Below, piece after piece: positions 10,455 to 20,806 of a DNA stretch of 64,000 bases. The DNA comes from an uncultured Acidobacteriota bacterium (GTDB lineage Bacteria > Acidobacteriota > Thermoanaerobaculia > Gp7-AA8). The notes under the pieces are model-generated. The model saw only the letters and a program-made list of their open reading frames with translations, had not been told where the DNA came from and did not search any database. Position 1 is the stretch's first letter; the number at the start of each line of letters is the position of its first letter. The stretch covers positions 1,696,001 through 1,760,000 of the forward strand of contig CAWGHO010000003.1 in the NCBI GenBank assembly GCA_963822445.1. Direction: 5' to 3'. The translations under genes and the position numbers were made by a program.

Positions 10455-12310
10455 TCAGATTGCGGGGCGGACGTCGATGTTGATCTTCAGCGCGCCGTCG
10501 ACGATGTATCCGAGGGGGCGGGCCTGATGACCGGTGGCATGGTACTTCACCGGAGCCTGCGCTCCGTTCGAGGTATCCGCGCTGACCACCGCGCGCATCG
10601 ACGGCGGCAGATTCGGCAGATACACGCCCGAGGTCACCGCACCTTCGCCATTCGAATAGAGGCCGACGGTGAGGTCGGTCGAAGGACGCAGACGCTGCAA
10701 CACGGCCAGCACCTGCTCGAGCGTTCGCGGATCGGGCGGAACGAGCGTGAAGTCGACGGCGTTCATCACCGAGCCGCTGCCGATGAGCAGATACGCCTCG
10801 CCCGCGGGCTGGTCATCGGGGATGCGCACGTCGAACGTTTCGACGAACGACTCGCCGCGATAAGGCTTGAGCACCGTCCGCACTTTGACCGTGTCGCCCG
10901 CTTTGATGCGGCCGTTGTCCGTGCGCACCAGCGCGGCTTCCATCAGTTTCGCGGTGCGGAGCTCGTCGTCGTGGCGCAGGTTCACCTTCACCGACTCGAT
11001 GTCCGCAGCGCGGAACTCATTCGACATCAGGTAACCGGAAACGACGGCGAGATACGCGGGGATGGACTGGCGGGCCTGCTGGCCTGCCCAGCCTTCGCGA
11101 AGGCGGATCGGCTCGAAGCCCTTGATCCGGATCTCGGAGTCGAGCATCACCGTGCGCTCGCCGGCCGCGCGCTGCGCGTTGGCGATCACCGTGTCGGTGG
11201 CCATGGCCAGGATCAACGGCGAGAGATGCGAATGCCGGACGATGTTGACGTTGTAGGTCTGCTCGCCGTTCATGGGTCAGCTCGACCGGAATGAGATCCG
11301 CGGTCTCGCCGAGAACGCCCATGATGCCGGCCGAGCGGTCCTGCCGCAGCGCGCCGACGACGTTGCCGGTGTTCGAGAACTTGAACGAGCGTGGCCATGC
11401 TGGGCAGCACGGTCACGACTTCCGACGTCGCCATCGGGAAGCTGATCTCGCCCATGTCCAGGAAGGGATGGCCGAAGGCGTAAACCTTGTCGCCGTCGAC
11501 GTAAGTCACCGTTCCGCTGGCCGCGACGTTGAAGTCGCCGTTCAGGAGCACCGCGCCGACCGGATCGCCGGGCGCGAAGGTCTTCTTGTTGTTCGACGCA
11601 TTCTTCGCGGACGAGGTCGCGCCCGCGGGCACGGCCACGAATCCGAGGTTGTCGAGATGCGGGGCGAAGCGGGAAATGGTCTCCGGCGCGAAGCTGGAGA
11701 GCGACATCGGCATGGCGATGCGCTTCGCTCCGCTCATCGCGTTCACGGGACGCGACGCGGAGAAGGCGCTCATCAGCTTGTCGAACGCCGCGTCGGTTTT
11801 CTTGTCGGCAAGCGCCTGCAGCAATTCCGCGCCGGTCATCCGCGGGGCGGCGTCCGCGAGCGTGGCGCCGGCCGGCCGCGTGCGGCTGGAGATCTTCAGC
11901 ATCTCGTCGATCGGCGTGATGCCGGCGACGGGCTCTTTCGAGAACTGCCAGGCGTACGCGAGTGCGCCGATGACTTTTCCGTCGACGATGACCGGCGAGC
12001 CGGACATGCCGGCGATGATGCCCGCGCGGCGAACGACCGGTGAGTCGACGCGCGCCAGGATCAGATTCTGCTCGGGGCCGATGTTCTCCAGCACCCCCAG
12101 GATCTCCACCTCGAACCGCTCGACCTCGGTGCCCTCGAAGACGGTCAGGCCGTAGCCCTTCATCCCCTTCTTCACTTCCGAGAGCGGCATCTTTTCAGCG
12201 GTCGCTGCGGGCTGCGCAACCGCGGCAGACGCAAGCGTGACGGAAAACGCCATAGCGAGGACGGTGACCAGAAGCATCAATTTTCGGGTGAGCACGGTCG
12301 AAGTAACCAC
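10455..12310 (-). pseudogene. SpoIVB-type S55 serine peptidase broken by two +1 frameshifts (possibly sequencing errors)
   Basis: IIAGMSGSPV, GHPFL and QDR-AG motifs; removing one C near 11391 and one near 11274 joins three frames (MASSFKFSN...ELTMNGEQ). Confidence 0.8.
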
Positions 12311-12346
12311 CTTCCGAGAGGGTTCATTTCGAGGGATGTGCCAGGG

Positions 12347-13561
12347 CTATTCCCAGCGCAGCGCCTCGATCGGGTCGAGCTTCGAAGCCTTGGCCGCGGG
12401 GTAGATTCCGAAGACGATGCCCAGGAGTGCGCAGAAGCTGAACGCGCCGAGGACCGCCCAGAGCGGCGTGTGCACGGCCGGGAACTCGACCCAGCGGCTG
12501 ATGATCAGGCGGGCGATGTTGGCCATCACGAATCCGCCGGCGATTCCCACCAGCCCGCCGAAGCCGGAAAGGACGATGGCCTCGATGAGGAACTGCACGA
12601 GGACGTCCATCCGCCGCGCGCCGATGGATTTGCGGATGCCGATCTCGCGGGTCCGCTCGGTCACGGAGACGAGCATGATGTTCATGATCCCGATACCGCC
12701 GACGAGCAGGGCGATGGCCACGACGCCGCCGAGAATCAGGGTGATCGAGCCGAGGACGCTGGAGAAGATCTTCATCAGCTCTTCCTGGGCCAGGATGCGG
12801 AAGTCGTCCGGTTCCCCTTTCGGGATCCGGTGCCGCGCCCGCAACACCTCCGTGACCTGTTCCTTGGCGAGCTCGAGGTCCGCGCCGTCTTCCATCTGAA
12901 AGGCGAGCACGAGCGTGCGCATGTTCTCGCTGCCGAAGATGACCACGGCCGTGGCGAAGGGGATGAGGATGACGTCGTCCTGGTTGCCGCCGAGGGTCCC
13001 GCCTTTTTTCTCGAGCACGCCGACGACGGTGAAGGTGTCGGTGTTGACCTGAATCAGCTTGCCGATGGGATTGCTGCCCAGCTCGAGCCGCTCGATGACC
13101 TCCACTCCGACGACGCAGACGCGCTTCTTCTGCTCTTCATCGACGGGAGTGAAGAAACGGCCGCGATCGACCCAGTGATTGAGGATGTCCGGATACGACC
13201 GCGCGACCGCGTAGAGCTGCACCGAATGCCGCGCGTCCGCATGCTTGAGCTGCACGCTGGAGATGAAGATCGGCGAGAAATCGCGAATGGCCGTCGTCTG
13301 CCGCCGCACCGCCAGCGCGTCGTCGATGGTGAGCTCCGGCGTCTTGAACGGATTGCGCCGATCGCCCTGCGGAAAGACCTCGATGAACCCCCCGCCGATG
13401 GAGTTGAGATCCCCGGAGATCTTCTTCTGAAACCCCTGAACGATCGACACCACGGCGATGACCGCGGCCACGCCGATCATGACACCCAGGACCGTCAATA
13501 CGCTCCGCATTTTGTTCGCGCGGATGGCGGATAAGGCGATTTTTAGGTTTTCTAGCAACAT
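12347..13561 (-). CDS. MacB/FtsX-type ABC permease
   Basis: NKMRSVLTVLGVMIG; GGIGIMNIMLVSVTERTREIGIRK; P-AA-LDPIEALR. Confidence 0.95.
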   Translation of the reverse strand: MLLENLKIALSAIRANKMRSVLTVLGVMIGVAAVIAVVSIVQGFQKKISGDLNSIGGGFIEVFPQGDRRNPFKTPELTIDDALAVRRQTTAIRDFSPIFISSVQLKHADARHSVQLYAVARSYPDILNHWVDRGRFFTPVDEEQKKRVCVVGVEVIERLELGSNPIGKLIQVNTDTFTVVGVLEKKGGTLGGNQDDVILIPFATAVVIFGSENMRTLVLAFQMEDGADLELAKEQVTEVLRARHRIPKGEPDDFRILAQEELMKIFSSVLGSITLILGGVVAIALLVGGIGIMNIMLVSVTERTREIGIRKSIGARRMDVLVQFLIEAIVLSGFGGLVGIAGGFVMANIARLIISRWVEFPAVHTPLWAVLGAFSFCALLGIVFGIYPAAKASKLDPIEALRWE

Positions 13562-13591
13562 AGGGACGAGGTTCGAGGGACGAGGTACGAG
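13562..13591. repeat. Heptamer arm (AGGKWCG x4) flanking the four-helix-bundle gene
   Basis: agggacg aggttcg agggacg aggtacg ag; abuts the permease ATG. Confidence 0.9.
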
Positions 13592-13594
13592 TGG

Positions 13595-13975
13595 TCAGCG
13601 TTTGGACGGTGGACGCTGCGTTGCGACTTTTGCGCGGAGGCCGCCGATTACCCGGCCCACTTCCTCGGAATTCGAGAGCATCGTTTTGTAGACCGCGTCG
13701 TCGATGTATTCGAGGCGATGCGCGAGGTGAACGTACGTCGCCAACTCCGCGCACGAGCCTTTCGCGATCGAGAGGAACCGATGGAACTCCGCGCGACTCC
13801 CGCGATCGAAGCCTTCGGCGATGTTGGCGGGCATCGAGATCGCGGCGCTGTGCACCTGGTTGCTCAGCGCGAAGTCGCGGCTGAGCGGTCGCTTTCTGGT
13901 CATCCGGTACGCGTCAACAGCGAGATCCATTGCCTTTTGCCACGCGATCAGTTCCTCGAATCGCTGGATCTTCAT
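13595..13975 (-). CDS. Four-helix-bundle protein (23S rRNA IVP family, Avd-like fold)
   Basis: F-EL-AWQKAM, Q-AAIS-PANIAEG and F-RFL-IAKGS-AE are hallmark motifs of the PF05635/TIGR02436-type family. Confidence 0.93.
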   Translation of the reverse strand: MKIQRFEELIAWQKAMDLAVDAYRMTRKRPLSRDFALSNQVHSAAISMPANIAEGFDRGSRAEFHRFLSIAKGSCAELATYVHLAHRLEYIDDAVYKTMLSNSEEVGRVIGGLRAKVATQRPPSKR

Positions 13976-13976
13976 A

Positions 13977-14006
13977 CTCGTCCCTCGTCCCTCGTACCTC
14001 TTACCT
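13977..14006. repeat. Heptamer arm (CTCGTMC x4), inverted partner of 13562-13591
   Basis: ctcgtcc ctcgtcc ctcgtac ctcttac ct; overlaps the ATPase stop codon. Confidence 0.9.
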
Positions 14007-14697
14007 AAACCACCTTGCCATCCCGTAACCGAATGACCCTCGCCGCTTCCTTAGCCACATCATCTTCATGCGTGACCATGATGATCGAGTTGCCGCGGGT
14101 GTGGAGCTCGTGGAAGAGGTCGAGGATTTCGCGGCCGGTCTGGGAGTCGAGGTTGCCGGTCGGTTCGTCGGCGAGGAGGAGGGAGGGCTTGTTCACGAGG
14201 GCGCGGGCGATGGCGACGCGCTGGCGTTGGCCGCCGGAGAGCTCGTTCGGCTGGTGGGACATGCGGTCTTTCAGGCCGACGGCGGTCAGCGCTTCTTCAG
14301 CGAGCTGGCGGCGTTCCACGCGCGGGATCTTCGCGTAGACCAGGGGCAGCTCGACGTTCTGCAGCGCCGTCGTGCGCGCGAGCAAGTTGAAGGTCTGGAA
14401 GACGAAGCCGATCTTCTTGTTGCGGATCGCCGCCAGCTCGTCGTCGTTCAGCGTCTCGACCGGCACTCCGTCGAGCAGGTACTGGCCGGACGACGGCGTG
14501 TCGAGGCAGCCGACCACGTTCATCAGCGTCGACTTGCCCGAGCCCGACGGGCCCATGATCGCGACGTACTCGCCGGGATCGATGGTCAGGTTGATTCCGC
14601 GCAGGGCGAAGATCTGCTGCGGACCGAGGTCGTAGACCCGGGTCAGCTCTTTCATCTCGATCAGGTGGTGGTGCTCGGGCTCAGGAAGCGCGCTCAT
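14005..14697 (-). CDS. ABC transporter ATP-binding protein (MacB/LolD-like)
   Basis: [28 protein letters not shown] and VTHE motifs. Confidence 0.96.
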   Translation of the reverse strand: MSALPEPEHHHLIEMKELTRVYDLGPQQIFALRGINLTIDPGEYVAIMGPSGSGKSTLMNVVGCLDTPSSGQYLLDGVPVETLNDDELAAIRNKKIGFVFQTFNLLARTTALQNVELPLVYAKIPRVERRQLAEEALTAVGLKDRMSHQPNELSGGQRQRVAIARALVNKPSLLLADEPTGNLDSQTGREILDLFHELHTRGNSIIMVTHEDDVAKEAARVIRLRDGKVV

Positions 14698-15941
14698 TTG
14701 TCATCCTCGTCTTTGTCGTCTTTGTCTTTCTTCTTCGACGACTTCTTCGTTTCTTTCGTCACTACGATCTTCTCTTCGTCATCCAGCTCGCGGAGCGTGC
14801 GGAACGGCCCGGTGATGACCGGATCGCCGGGCTTCACGCCCGACAGCACCACCACGTGGGTGGCGTCGCTGATCCCGGTCATCACTTCGACCTGCCTGAC
14901 CTTCTCTTTGCCGGCCAGCAGGACGTACTTCTTTTTCGGCTTGTCGTCATCGTCATCGTCGCCCGCTTTCGCACCCGGCACGCGCTCCACGACGGCCTGG
15001 ATCGGGACGACCGTCGCGTTCGGCGCGGTGCTGGTCACGATCGAGACCTGCGAGGTCATGCCCGGGCGCAGACGGTCATCGGCGTTGTCGATGGCCACCT
15101 TCACCTTGAAGTAGCGGATGCCCGAGCCGGCGCCCTGACGGACCGCGGCGGAGCTGCCGATCTCCACGACCCGGCCGCGGTAGTCGCGGTCCGGAATCGC
15201 GTCGACCTTGATCTTCGCCTGCTGATTGATTCGGACGCCGACGACTTCGGTTTCGCCGACCTCGGCCTCGACCAGGATCTGTGACAGGTCGGCGATCACG
15301 GCGATGACCGAGCCAGGGTTGTTCATCGTCCCGGTCACGACCACTTCCCCTTCGTGCGCGTTGAGCTGCACGACTTTGCCGTCGATCGGAGAAACGATGG
15401 TCGTCCGCGAGAGGTCTTCCGCCGCCTGACGCAACCCCGCCTCGGCCTGCGTGACGCCGAGGCGTGCCGCGTCCAGCGCGGCGGTGGCGTTGTCGTGGGC
15501 CATGCGGGCCTGGTCGAACAGCTCCTGGGCCTGAATCCCCTGCTTGCTCAGATTCTGTGCGCGCTGATAGGCGGCGTTCGCGGTTGCCAGCGCGGCCTGC
15601 GCGCGCCGGACTTCCACGCGGCGGCTGGACAACTCCGCACTGAGGCGGTCGCGCTGGCCGACGTAAATGAACTTCTCCAGATCGACCAGCCGCTGGCCGC
15701 GCTTCACCGTGTCGCCTTCGAGGAAATACAGCTTCTCGATCTTGCCGACGATGTGGGCGCTGATGTTGACCTTCACCTTCGGATCGATCTGCCCCGGCGC
15801 GTTGACGACGGCCTCGATGGTTTTCGTGGCGGCGGGCTCGACGTAGACCTTTTCGCCTTTCGGCCCGCCGCCTTTGATGCTCGCCAGGACGATGGCCGCG
15901 ATGACGACCACGGCCCCGGCGATGATCAACCCACGTTTCAC
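14694..15941 (-). CDS. Periplasmic adaptor (MacA/HlyD family)
   Basis: N-terminal TM helix, lipoyl halves (EGDTVKRGQ; SPIDGKV), coiled coil, LRPGMT. Confidence 0.92.
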   Translation of the reverse strand: MKRGLIIAGAVVVIAAIVLASIKGGGPKGEKVYVEPAATKTIEAVVNAPGQIDPKVKVNISAHIVGKIEKLYFLEGDTVKRGQRLVDLEKFIYVGQRDRLSAELSSRRVEVRRAQAALATANAAYQRAQNLSKQGIQAQELFDQARMAHDNATAALDAARLGVTQAEAGLRQAAEDLSRTTIVSPIDGKVVQLNAHEGEVVVTGTMNNPGSVIAVIADLSQILVEAEVGETEVVGVRINQQAKIKVDAIPDRDYRGRVVEIGSSAAVRQGAGSGIRYFKVKVAIDNADDRLRPGMTSQVSIVTSTAPNATVVPIQAVVERVPGAKAGDDDDDDKPKKKYVLLAGKEKVRQVEVMTGISDATHVVVLSGVKPGDPVITGPFRTLRELDDEEKIVVTKETKKSSKKKDKDDKDEDDK

Positions 15942-16702
15942 GTCGCCTTCGCCCGCGCTGCGCCCATTGCGGCGAATCCGAGTTTGACGACCACGGTCAC
16001 GAGCCAGAGCGATACGACGATCACCGCGGACTTCATGCGCGACAGCTTCGAGAGCGTGGAGAACCCGATGACCAGCAGGATGATCGTCCAGATCGTGAAG
16101 ATGTCGAGCGACGTCAGCGCGGCGAACAGAATCGGCTGTTCCTTCATGTCGACGAGGAAGGCCGGATTCGACTTCACGAGCGTCTGCATCGTGGTCGGAT
16201 CGATCTCGCCGCGCGCCAGGGCGACGATGCCGGTGACGATCCCGCCGATCGTGAGCGGGATCCAGGAGTACAGCACCGTGGAGAAGGCCTGCTTGAAGTT
16301 GCCCTCACCTCCGAAGAGGCGATGCGCGAGGAGCAGCACGCCGGCGATGATGGCCCAGATCAGGATTCCCCAGATCGGACCGGTCCAGGCCATGACCTTG
16401 CCGAACGCGCTGCCCATCTTCGCCGCGCGATCGAGATCGGCGTCGGACATCTTGCTGTTCTGCGCGGCCATCTGCTCGCGGAAGGCCGACTCGAAATCCA
16501 TCCGCGGCACGATGAGCGCGGTCACGATGAAGCCGATCACCACGAGGATGATCAGCGGCGTCACGATGTCCGGCCGCCGGGCGATGTCCCTGAAAGTCTC
16601 CGCGGGGGCAAACAGCACCCCCGCGATCCGCTGAAACGTGTTTTTGGCTGGTGTCTCCGCCACTGGTGGCGGGGCTATGTATCCCGGGCTGTCTGTCGTC
16701 AT
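15938..16702 (-). CDS. Yip1-family membrane protein
   Basis: VLFAPAETFRDI motif, about 5 TM segments; GGAGGA site and ATGA overlap with tolC. Confidence 0.8.
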   Translation of the reverse strand: MTTDSPGYIAPPPVAETPAKNTFQRIAGVLFAPAETFRDIARRPDIVTPLIILVVIGFIVTALIVPRMDFESAFREQMAAQNSKMSDADLDRAAKMGSAFGKVMAWTGPIWGILIWAIIAGVLLLAHRLFGGEGNFKQAFSTVLYSWIPLTIGGIVTGIVALARGEIDPTTMQTLVKSNPAFLVDMKEQPILFAALTSLDIFTIWTIILLVIGFSTLSKLSRMKSAVIVVSLWLVTVVVKLGFAAMGAARAKAT

Positions 16703-18366
16703 TTCGGCTGTTCCTCCGTTCGGACTCTGCTCCCGTAGTTCAGCCAATTTACACGATCGAAGAACGTGTCGGGCGGGATGTCGACCTTCTCATCCTCGGC
16801 CAGACGGATGTCGTGCACTTCGAGGATGTCGCCGACCGCGCGGTGGTACGCGGCGACGGCTTTGCGGTAGCCGACGAGAGCGAGCAATTCGCGAACGCGG
16901 GCGTCCGCAAGCTGCTGCTGGACCTGGAGGACTTCGAAGTTCGTGGCCATGCCGTTTTCGTAGCGGCGGCGGGCCGCGTCGACGTTGCGCTCGGCGGCAT
17001 CGCGCGCCGCGCGGGACGCTTCGATGGTCCGCGCGAATTCATCGATCGCGCGCGCCGAGGAACGCACTTCGATGGCGATGTTCTGCCGGGTCTGCGACTC
17101 GAACGTGCGGGACTGCTGCAGGTCGAGCTGCGCGGCGCGGGCATTGGCGCGCGCCCGGATGTTGAGAAGCGGCAGTCCGAAATTGACGCCGATGTCCCAG
17201 CTCGGGAAATCGAGGCCGAGGATCTGTTCGAGTGTGTTGGCGTAGTTGGTGGACTCGATGAGCTCACCCTGTTGATTGAGTCTGCGTCCGGCGACGCCGC
17301 CGAGGTCGTAGCCGAGGGAGAGATCGACGGTGGGAAGCGTCTGATTGCGGAGGTACAGCGCCTGGACGCGCGCGTTTTCCGTCAGAAGGCTCTGCTGCAC
17401 GATCTCCGGCCGATTCGCGATCGCCTGGGCTACAGCGGTCTTCACGTCGACCGTCATCGGCTGGTAGGTGACGTCGTCCTCCGTCGGGATGATCGGCCGA
17501 TCCCACTCGGATTCGGGCAGGTTCAGCAGCCGGCGAAGCTGGTCCTCTGCATCACGAACCGTGGCAATCGCCGAAACCAGCGACTCCTCGGTCGTCGAGA
17601 CCTGCACGCGCGGCTGGAGAATGTCCAGCGGAGCAGCGGCGCCGACGTCGATGCGGATCTGGGTGATGCGCGACTGGTCGCGGGCCAGGAACAGCGATTC
17701 CTTCACCACTTCGACATTGCGGCGGGCGTAGATCAGATCGAGATAGGCCTGCTCGACGCTGTGGACGGTGTTCATCACCACGTTCTGGAACTCGCCGCGG
17801 GTGAAGCCGAGGTTGTTCCGGGCGATGGTGATCGCACGGCGGGTGATGTCCACGCCGAAGTCGCGCATCAGGGGCTGGGTGAAGCCGAAATTCAGTCCGG
17901 TGTCGTAGGACGGGTTGACGAACGTTCCGCCGCCGATGATGTTCTGGCGTGAGTTGGCGAATTCGACCGTGTACTGGCCGCCCGTCGGGATGATCTGGCT
18001 GATGCTGGCGTTCGCGACGATCCCACGCCGGCCGCTGGCCTCGAACGTGGAGGTGGTCGGCGTGCGATTGCTCGACATCAGCAGGTTCGCTGCGGAGACG
18101 AAGTCGAAGACGCCGTACTCGGCGCGGTGGTTCTGGCCCGAGATCTGGCGCTCGGCTGACTGAATCTGGACGCCCAGATTCTGATTCACGGCGGTGTTCA
18201 CCGCGTCGCTGAGCGAGAGGCGAAGGGCGCGCGGATCCGTGGCGTCGCGGTCGGTGTCGGCGACGACCTTTTCGGTCGTCCGCTGGACCGGCGCGTCCTG
18301 CGCGAGCATCGTCGCCGCGATCAGCGACAACAGACAGGTGGTAAGCAACCGTCGAACTGCGGTCAT
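16699..18366 (-). CDS. TolC-family outer-membrane efflux protein
   Basis: Signal peptide; LSLSDAV-TAV-QN; RRYENG-ATNFEVLQVQ. Confidence 0.9.
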   Translation of the reverse strand: MTAVRRLLTTCLLSLIAATMLAQDAPVQRTTEKVVADTDRDATDPRALRLSLSDAVNTAVNQNLGVQIQSAERQISGQNHRAEYGVFDFVSAANLLMSSNRTPTTSTFEASGRRGIVANASISQIIPTGGQYTVEFANSRQNIIGGGTFVNPSYDTGLNFGFTQPLMRDFGVDITRRAITIARNNLGFTRGEFQNVVMNTVHSVEQAYLDLIYARRNVEVVKESLFLARDQSRITQIRIDVGAAAPLDILQPRVQVSTTEESLVSAIATVRDAEDQLRRLLNLPESEWDRPIIPTEDDVTYQPMTVDVKTAVAQAIANRPEIVQQSLLTENARVQALYLRNQTLPTVDLSLGYDLGGVAGRRLNQQGELIESTNYANTLEQILGLDFPSWDIGVNFGLPLLNIRARANARAAQLDLQQSRTFESQTRQNIAIEVRSSARAIDEFARTIEASRAARDAAERNVDAARRRYENGMATNFEVLQVQQQLADARVRELLALVGYRKAVAAYHRAVGDILEVHDIRLAEDEKVDIPPDTFFDRVNWLNYGSRVRTEEQPK

Positions 18367-18505
18367 GTAATAGATCCTCCCAAACACGGCTCTTGTACGA
18401 ATTGCCGCGGTGATGGTTTCTTGCTAAGTACGGCGGGCCGATGAAGACGACGGCATTCTAATGGATGGATTGCCCTCGCCGGCCGTACCTGAGGACGACC
18501 AGACC

Positions 18506-19513
18506 ATGCGTCATTTCCTCGGCCTTTTCGTCCTCCTCCTCCTCACCTTCTCAGCCTCCGCCGAAGTGGTAGCCGGCCGTCGGTTCATCCTCGTCCACGA
18601 CCAGTGGGCTCCCGCCGGCGGCGGAGCGGTCATGCCGCTCGGGGTTCCCGCCGAATCCGCAGCATTCGACGGCGAGCGGTTCCTCGTGGTTTGGCGGGAA
18701 GGAACCACGATGCGGATCGCGCTTTTCGATGAAGGCGCGAGCACGGCGATCGCCGAGTCCTCGGTCGCCGTGCCTCCGTTCGCGCCTCTGTTCGTCCGAT
18801 GGGAGGGATCGCGGTATGTCGTGGCCGCCGGTGGCGATCCGGGCGTGGTCGCCGTCGTCTCACCGCAGGGAGTGCTCGAGTCGGTCAGACCCGTGAGCGG
18901 TGCGCGCAGCCTGGTCGACGTGGCCGCGAGCGCGTCCGGCGTCGCGCTGCTCCTCCACTACTCGACCGAAACGCACTCCGGCGTGGTCGACGTGATGCTT
19001 CTCGACAGCGAACACCTCGCTGCCCGGCGCACGACCGTCGGAGCGGTGCAAGCAAGCACGGGGTTCGGCGCGACCTGGATCGGCACGCCTAGGATCGTCC
19101 CGTTTGGATCGGTGTTTTACGTCGTCTGGCGTGAGGCCCGCGCGGGACGCTACGACCGATTGCTCGGCACACAAATGAACCTCGACGGATCAGCGGTCGC
19201 CGGGACACTTCTCGAGACCGCGTATGCCTACCCGTCGCCGTACGCCGTCTTCGTTCATCCGTACGGGACGCGGCTGGCGGTGAATGCGGTGCGCGAGTGG
19301 GGCAGCGGCATCACGACCACGCTCGTCGAACAGGATGGCACCGCGCGGCAACTCACCGATTACTTCGGCACCGCCAATCTGCCGAAACTGGCCACGGTAC
19401 GCCTGCCCGACGGATCGATCTTCGCGATCTACGTCGTCGATGGCGTGGCGAAGATCAAGCCGGTGCTGAACCCGCCGGCGGCACCGCCGCGGCGGCGTTC
19501 CGCGCGACATTGA
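18506..19513 (+). CDS. Secreted beta-rich protein with C-terminal PPRRRSARH tail
   Basis: Signal peptide; repeated [10 protein letters not shown] / WEGSRYVVA / FGSVFYVVW blades. Confidence 0.7.
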   Translation: MRHFLGLFVLLLLTFSASAEVVAGRRFILVHDQWAPAGGGAVMPLGVPAESAAFDGERFLVVWREGTTMRIALFDEGASTAIAESSVAVPPFAPLFVRWEGSRYVVAAGGDPGVVAVVSPQGVLESVRPVSGARSLVDVAASASGVALLLHYSTETHSGVVDVMLLDSEHLAARRTTVGAVQASTGFGATWIGTPRIVPFGSVFYVVWREARAGRYDRLLGTQMNLDGSAVAGTLLETAYAYPSPYAVFVHPYGTRLAVNAVREWGSGITTTLVEQDGTARQLTDYFGTANLPKLATVRLPDGSIFAIYVVDGVAKIKPVLNPPAAPPRRRSARH

Positions 19514-20687
19514 GCCCTTCCGGATCGCTCTGAGCCGGGAGCGGGTCGCCCGCGAAATGGCACGCCGCGAAGTGTCCCGGCTTGTGCTCGATCAGCGGCG
19601 GAACCTCGGTCTTGCAGATCGGGAACTGCGCGATCGGACAGCGCGTGTGGAAGACGCAGCCGCTCGGCGGATTGAGCGGCGTGGGGATGTCGCCCTTCAG
19701 CAGGATGCGGGTCTTCTTCAGCGTCGGATCGGGAATCGGCACCGCGGAAAGCAGGGCCTTTGTGTACGGATGGAGCGGATCCTCGTACAGCGCGCGGCGC
19801 GGCGAGAGCTCCATGATCTTGCCGAGGTACATGACCGCGACGCGCGTGGAGATGTGCTCGACGACGGAGAGGTCGTGGGCGATGAAGAGGTAGGTCAGTC
19901 CGAGCTCGTCCTGCAGATCCATCAGCAGATTGACGACCTGGGCCTGAACGGAAACGTCGAGCGCGGAGACCGGCTCGTCGAGGACGAGGAACTTCGGATT
20001 CGTCGCCAGCGCGCGCGCAACACCGATGCGCTGCCGCTGCCCGCCGGAGAACTCGTGCGGATAGCGTTTCCGGTAGTCGGGGCTCAGGCCAACGCGTTCG
20101 AGAAGCTGCGCGACGCGATCGCCGCGCTCCGAGCCGCCCATGTCGCCGTGGATGATCAGCGGCTCGGCGACGATCGACCCGACGGTCATCCGCGGGTTGA
20201 GCGACGCGTATGGATCCTGAAACACGATCTGCATGTGACGGCGCATGCGGCGCATGTCCCCGCTGTCGAGGCCGAGGACGTCCGTGCCTTCGAACTCGAC
20301 CGAGCCGGAGGTCGGTTCGATGAGCCGGAGGATGCAGCGGCCGACCGTGGTCTTGCCCGATCCCGATTCGCCGACCAGGCCCAAGGTTTCCCCTTTTGCG
20401 AGACCGAAGCTCAGACCGTCGACGGCTTTGACCTGCGCGACCACGCGCGCGAGCACGCCGCGTTTCACCGGAAAGTACTTCTGCAGATCCTTGACGACGA
20501 GCAGCGGCTCGCCGAGCCCGATCGGAATCTTCGGCGTCGTCTGCGGCGCGGATTTCTCTCTCGGATCATGCGTCGGCTTCGCATCGCGATCGACCTGACG
20601 CGCGGTCTGATCGGCGGGCGTTTGCAGCCCGCCCGTGATCGCGGGGGCCACGCCGTCGTCGCCGGGGATGAAGGGCTTGTCGCTCAT
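19455..20687 (-). CDS. Peptide ABC ATP-binding protein (OppF-like)
   Basis: [24 protein letters not shown] and GC-FHTRCP motifs; start set at MSDKPF. Confidence 0.93.
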   Translation of the reverse strand: MSDKPFIPGDDGVAPAITGGLQTPADQTARQVDRDAKPTHDPREKSAPQTTPKIPIGLGEPLLVVKDLQKYFPVKRGVLARVVAQVKAVDGLSFGLAKGETLGLVGESGSGKTTVGRCILRLIEPTSGSVEFEGTDVLGLDSGDMRRMRRHMQIVFQDPYASLNPRMTVGSIVAEPLIIHGDMGGSERGDRVAQLLERVGLSPDYRKRYPHEFSGGQRQRIGVARALATNPKFLVLDEPVSALDVSVQAQVVNLLMDLQDELGLTYLFIAHDLSVVEHISTRVAVMYLGKIMELSPRRALYEDPLHPYTKALLSAVPIPDPTLKKTRILLKGDIPTPLNPPSGCVFHTRCPIAQFPICKTEVPPLIEHKPGHFAACHFAGDPLPAQSDPEGLNVARNAAAAVPPAGSAPA

Positions 20688-20712
20688 CGCTCGACTCCGT
20701 CTCGCGACGAGC

Positions 20713-20806
20713 GGATTGAGGATTGAGAATTGAGGATTGAGGATGCGCGTGCTCGCGACTGTCGTTTGGTGTTCATCCTCAATCCTCAATCCTCAATTCT
20801 CAATCC
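20713..20806. repeat. Inverted heptamer tandem-repeat hairpin (GGATTGA / TCAATCC)
   Basis: Arms 20713-20745 and 20774-20806, 33 nt each; the right arm contains the OppD-like stop codon. Confidence 0.92.

Noticed and set aside
13595-13975. Diversity-generating retroelement (Avd-like gene)
   Set aside because: No reverse transcriptase or TR/VR pair was seen in the window; the motifs fit the IVP-type subfamily.
20688-20789. N-terminal extension of the OppF-like ORF ([11 protein letters not shown])
   Set aside because: It is translation of the heptamer hairpin; the same applies to the short ORFs over 4485-4558.
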